Assembly: GCA_016184455.1 (NCBI GenBank) | Contig: JACPCS010000055.1 | Location: forward strand, 1 to 57,911 | Length of the DNA: 57,911 nt | Source: Acidobacteriota bacterium | GTDB lineage: Bacteria > Acidobacteriota > Vicinamibacteria > Vicinamibacterales > UBA2999 | Direction of reading: 5' to 3' | In this document: one piece after another, positions 56,411 through 57,911 of the stretch | Numbering within the stretch: the stretch's first letter is position 1 | Layout of the letters: each line of letters starts with the position of its first letter | The notes under the pieces: model-generated | Seen by the model: only the letters and a program-made list of their open reading frames with translations | Told to the model about the DNA's origin: nothing | The model's database searches: none | Position numbers and translations under genes: made by a program

Positions 56411-57911
56411 GTGAGGACCAGCGCCTTTCGTGTGGATCTGCTCGCGGGGGCGACAGTCGCCCTCGTGGGGCTGCCGCAATGCCTCGCCTACGCCACGATG
56501 TCGGGACTGCCACCGGCGTACGGGTTGGCGACGGCAGTCGTGCCCGGCCTGGTCTCGGCGCTCGCGGGCCGCAGCCGCAACGTCATCACCGGCCCGACCA
56601 ACACGACCGGTCTGCTCGTGCTCGGCGCGCTCGTCCCGTTTCTTGGCGCCAACGGGCTCCTGCGGCCTGACGGTCTCGCGTGGCTCGCCACGCTGACGCT
56701 CCTGTGCGGCCTGCTGCGATTCGCCTTCGCGTTCGCCGGCGGAGTCGTCCTCGTCCGGTTCATTCCCGAGTCGGTGCTCGCGGGCTTTACCGTCGGTGTC
56801 GGCGTGCTCATCGCCACCATGCAGCTGGATGAAGCGTTCGGCCTGCCGGCCGTCAACGCCGCCGGCCTCTGGGGCGAGTACCGCGGGATTGCCGATCTGA
56901 TGAGCGCCGGTGCACAGCCATCAGCGCTCTCGGTGGCCGTGACGCTCGCGTGCGTGGGCGGCGTGGCCGTGAGCCACTTCCGCTCGCGTCGGGTGCCCGC
57001 TGCGCTGCTCGTCGTCGTGGGTGCCGCGCTCGCCGCGTGGCTGCTGGGCCTCGACGCCGCGGCGGGCCTGCCGCTCGTGCACGACCGCACGGACGTACCG
57101 GCCGGGTGGCCGCCGGGTGCGCTCCCGGATCTACGGCAGTCGGCCGTGGCGACCCTGCTGCCGCCAGCGGCCGCCATCGTGCTGCTCGGAACGCTCGAGC
57201 TGCTGGTCAGCGTGCGCGCCGACGCGTCGCGGCCGGCCATGCGCCGCGAGATCGTCGCGCAGGGAGCCGCCAACGTCGCCGGCGCGTTCGCCGCGGCGTT
57301 CCCCGCCTCCGCGAGCCTCACGCGATCGGCGCTGCTGCGCTTCAGCCGGCCGCAGAGCCGCGCCGGGGCCGCGCTGGCGGCGCTCCTCACGCTGCCGATC
57401 CTGCTGTTCGGGTCGCGGCTCATCGCCTATATTCCGCAGGCGGCGCTCGCCGGCGTCCTGTTCATCACCGCCTTCTCGATGGTGCGCCAGCCGGCGCTCG
57501 GCCGCATGTGGCGCGCCTCCTCAGCCAGCCGGCTGCTGCTCGTCGTCACGACCGTCAGCACGCTCGTGATGCCGCTGCACTGGGCGGTGTTCGTCGGCGC
57601 CGGCCTTGGGTTGCTCATTCATCTCAAGCGGACGAGCGCGCCGCGCGTGCGTCCGCTCACGTTCCGCGACGACCGGCTCGTGCCGGTCGAGGCCGGAGAC
57701 AATCCGGAGGCCGTCGTCCTCGAAGTGTCGGGCGCGGTGCACTACGCGGCCGTGGAGCCGCTGCTGGAGGAAGTCGAGCGGCATCTGCCGCCGGCGTCGC
57801 GGCTCGTCATCATCGACCTCTCACATGCGCACGAGCTGCGGTTCACCGGCCTGCGCGCGCTGGAGTGGTGGGCGGCCGATCTCGAGCGGCGCGGGATCCG
57901 CCTGCGCCTCG
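56411..57911 (+). CDS. SulP/SLC26-family anion permease with a STAS domain; partial, 3' end beyond the window
   Basis: It is not in the ORF track because no stop falls inside the window. Frame-2 translation from GTG 56411 gives 'VDLLAGATVALVGLPQCLAYATMSGLPPAYGLATAVVPGLVSALAGRSRNVITGPTNTTGLLVL' (SulP motif), then TM helices. The C-terminus 'AVVLEVSGAVHYAAVEPLLEEVERHL...LVIIDLSHAHELRFTGLRALE' is a STAS domain. Confidence 0.7.
   Translation, partial: MRTSAFRVDLLAGATVALVGLPQCLAYATMSGLPPAYGLATAVVPGLVSALAGRSRNVITGPTNTTGLLVLGALVPFLGANGLLRPDGLAWLATLTLLCGLLRFAFAFAGGVVLVRFIPESVLAGFTVGVGVLIATMQLDEAFGLPAVNAAGLWGEYRGIADLMSAGAQPSALSVAVTLACVGGVAVSHFRSRRVPAALLVVVGAALAAWLLGLDAAAGLPLVHDRTDVPAGWPPGALPDLRQSAVATLLPPAAAIVLLGTLELLVSVRADASRPAMRREIVAQGAANVAGAFAAAFPASASLTRSALLRFSRPQSRAGAALAALLTLPILLFGSRLIAYIPQAALAGVLFITAFSMVRQPALGRMWRASSASRLLLVVTTVSTLVMPLHWAVFVGAGLGLLIHLKRTSAPRVRPLTFRDDRLVPVEAGDNPEAVVLEVSGAVHYAAVEPLLEEVERHLPPASRLVIIDLSHAHELRFTGLRALEWWAADLERRGIRLRL

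Overview
This 57.9-kb window comes from a very high-GC bacterial chromosome. Gene content (FG-GAP, TPR, PEP-CTERM-like, di-haem cytochromes) suggests a soil Acidobacteriota/Gemmatimonadota-like lineage, but that is only an inference. The G+C level was judged by eye; nothing was computed.

Most long antisense ORFs in the six-frame track are GC-driven shadow ORFs. The gene calls below rely on recognisable motifs, signal peptides, RBS/start context and operon logic.

Core genes in order:
- an HflC-like SPFH protein with an apparent frameshift
- a family of three paralogous secreted proteins, two of them in tandem with an ATGA start/stop overlap
- an SLT-domain protein
- a P-type cation ATPase divergent from a LysR regulator
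- a di-haem cytochrome c peroxidase, a dienelactone hydrolase and an FAD oxidoreductase
- a complete Rrf2(IscR-like)-sufA-sufBCD-sufS-sufU-sufT operon with four overlapping stop/start junctions
- a BamA/TamA-like Omp85 protein
- divergent pncA/pncB with a heptamer array between them
- a glycogen-debranching-type enzyme, a di-haem cytochrome c, a DASS/ArsB-type permease, mdh and a split UxaA-family dehydratase
- FG-GAP beta-propeller proteins, an amidohydrolase and a SulP permease that runs off the 3' end

Between sufT (about 22.4 kb) and the Omp85 gene (about 36 kb) lies an apparent genomic island:
- visibly lower G+C at its left edge
- an alpha/beta-hydrolase fragment and a tRNA 3'-end fragment (att-like)
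- a large TPR membrane protein and cassettes of small secreted proteins
- an M19 dipeptidase
- an orphan DUF104-type antitoxin, a 5'-truncated tyrosine integrase and an IS3 orfA remnant
- a translationally coupled pair: a 1044-aa TPR-CHAT protease followed by a 266-aa protein whose sequence pattern resembles gasdermins

The pair is a candidate bacterial gasdermin pore-forming cell-death/defence module and is the most interesting element in the window.

Several repeat families are visible:
- a REP-like palindromic family (GTCCGGCTTCAGCCGGAC and GTCCGCCTGAAGGCGGAC hairpins with flanking GTACG/CTACG) at five or more intergenic sites, one embedded in a gene 5' end
- a 60-bp GC-rich palindromic repeat in two copies
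- an AT-rich heptad palindrome (TGATTTG x n)
- an AAAGT heptamer array in the pncA/pncB promoter
- several tandem paralog/pseudogene pairs

No rRNA, intact tRNA or CRISPR array was seen.
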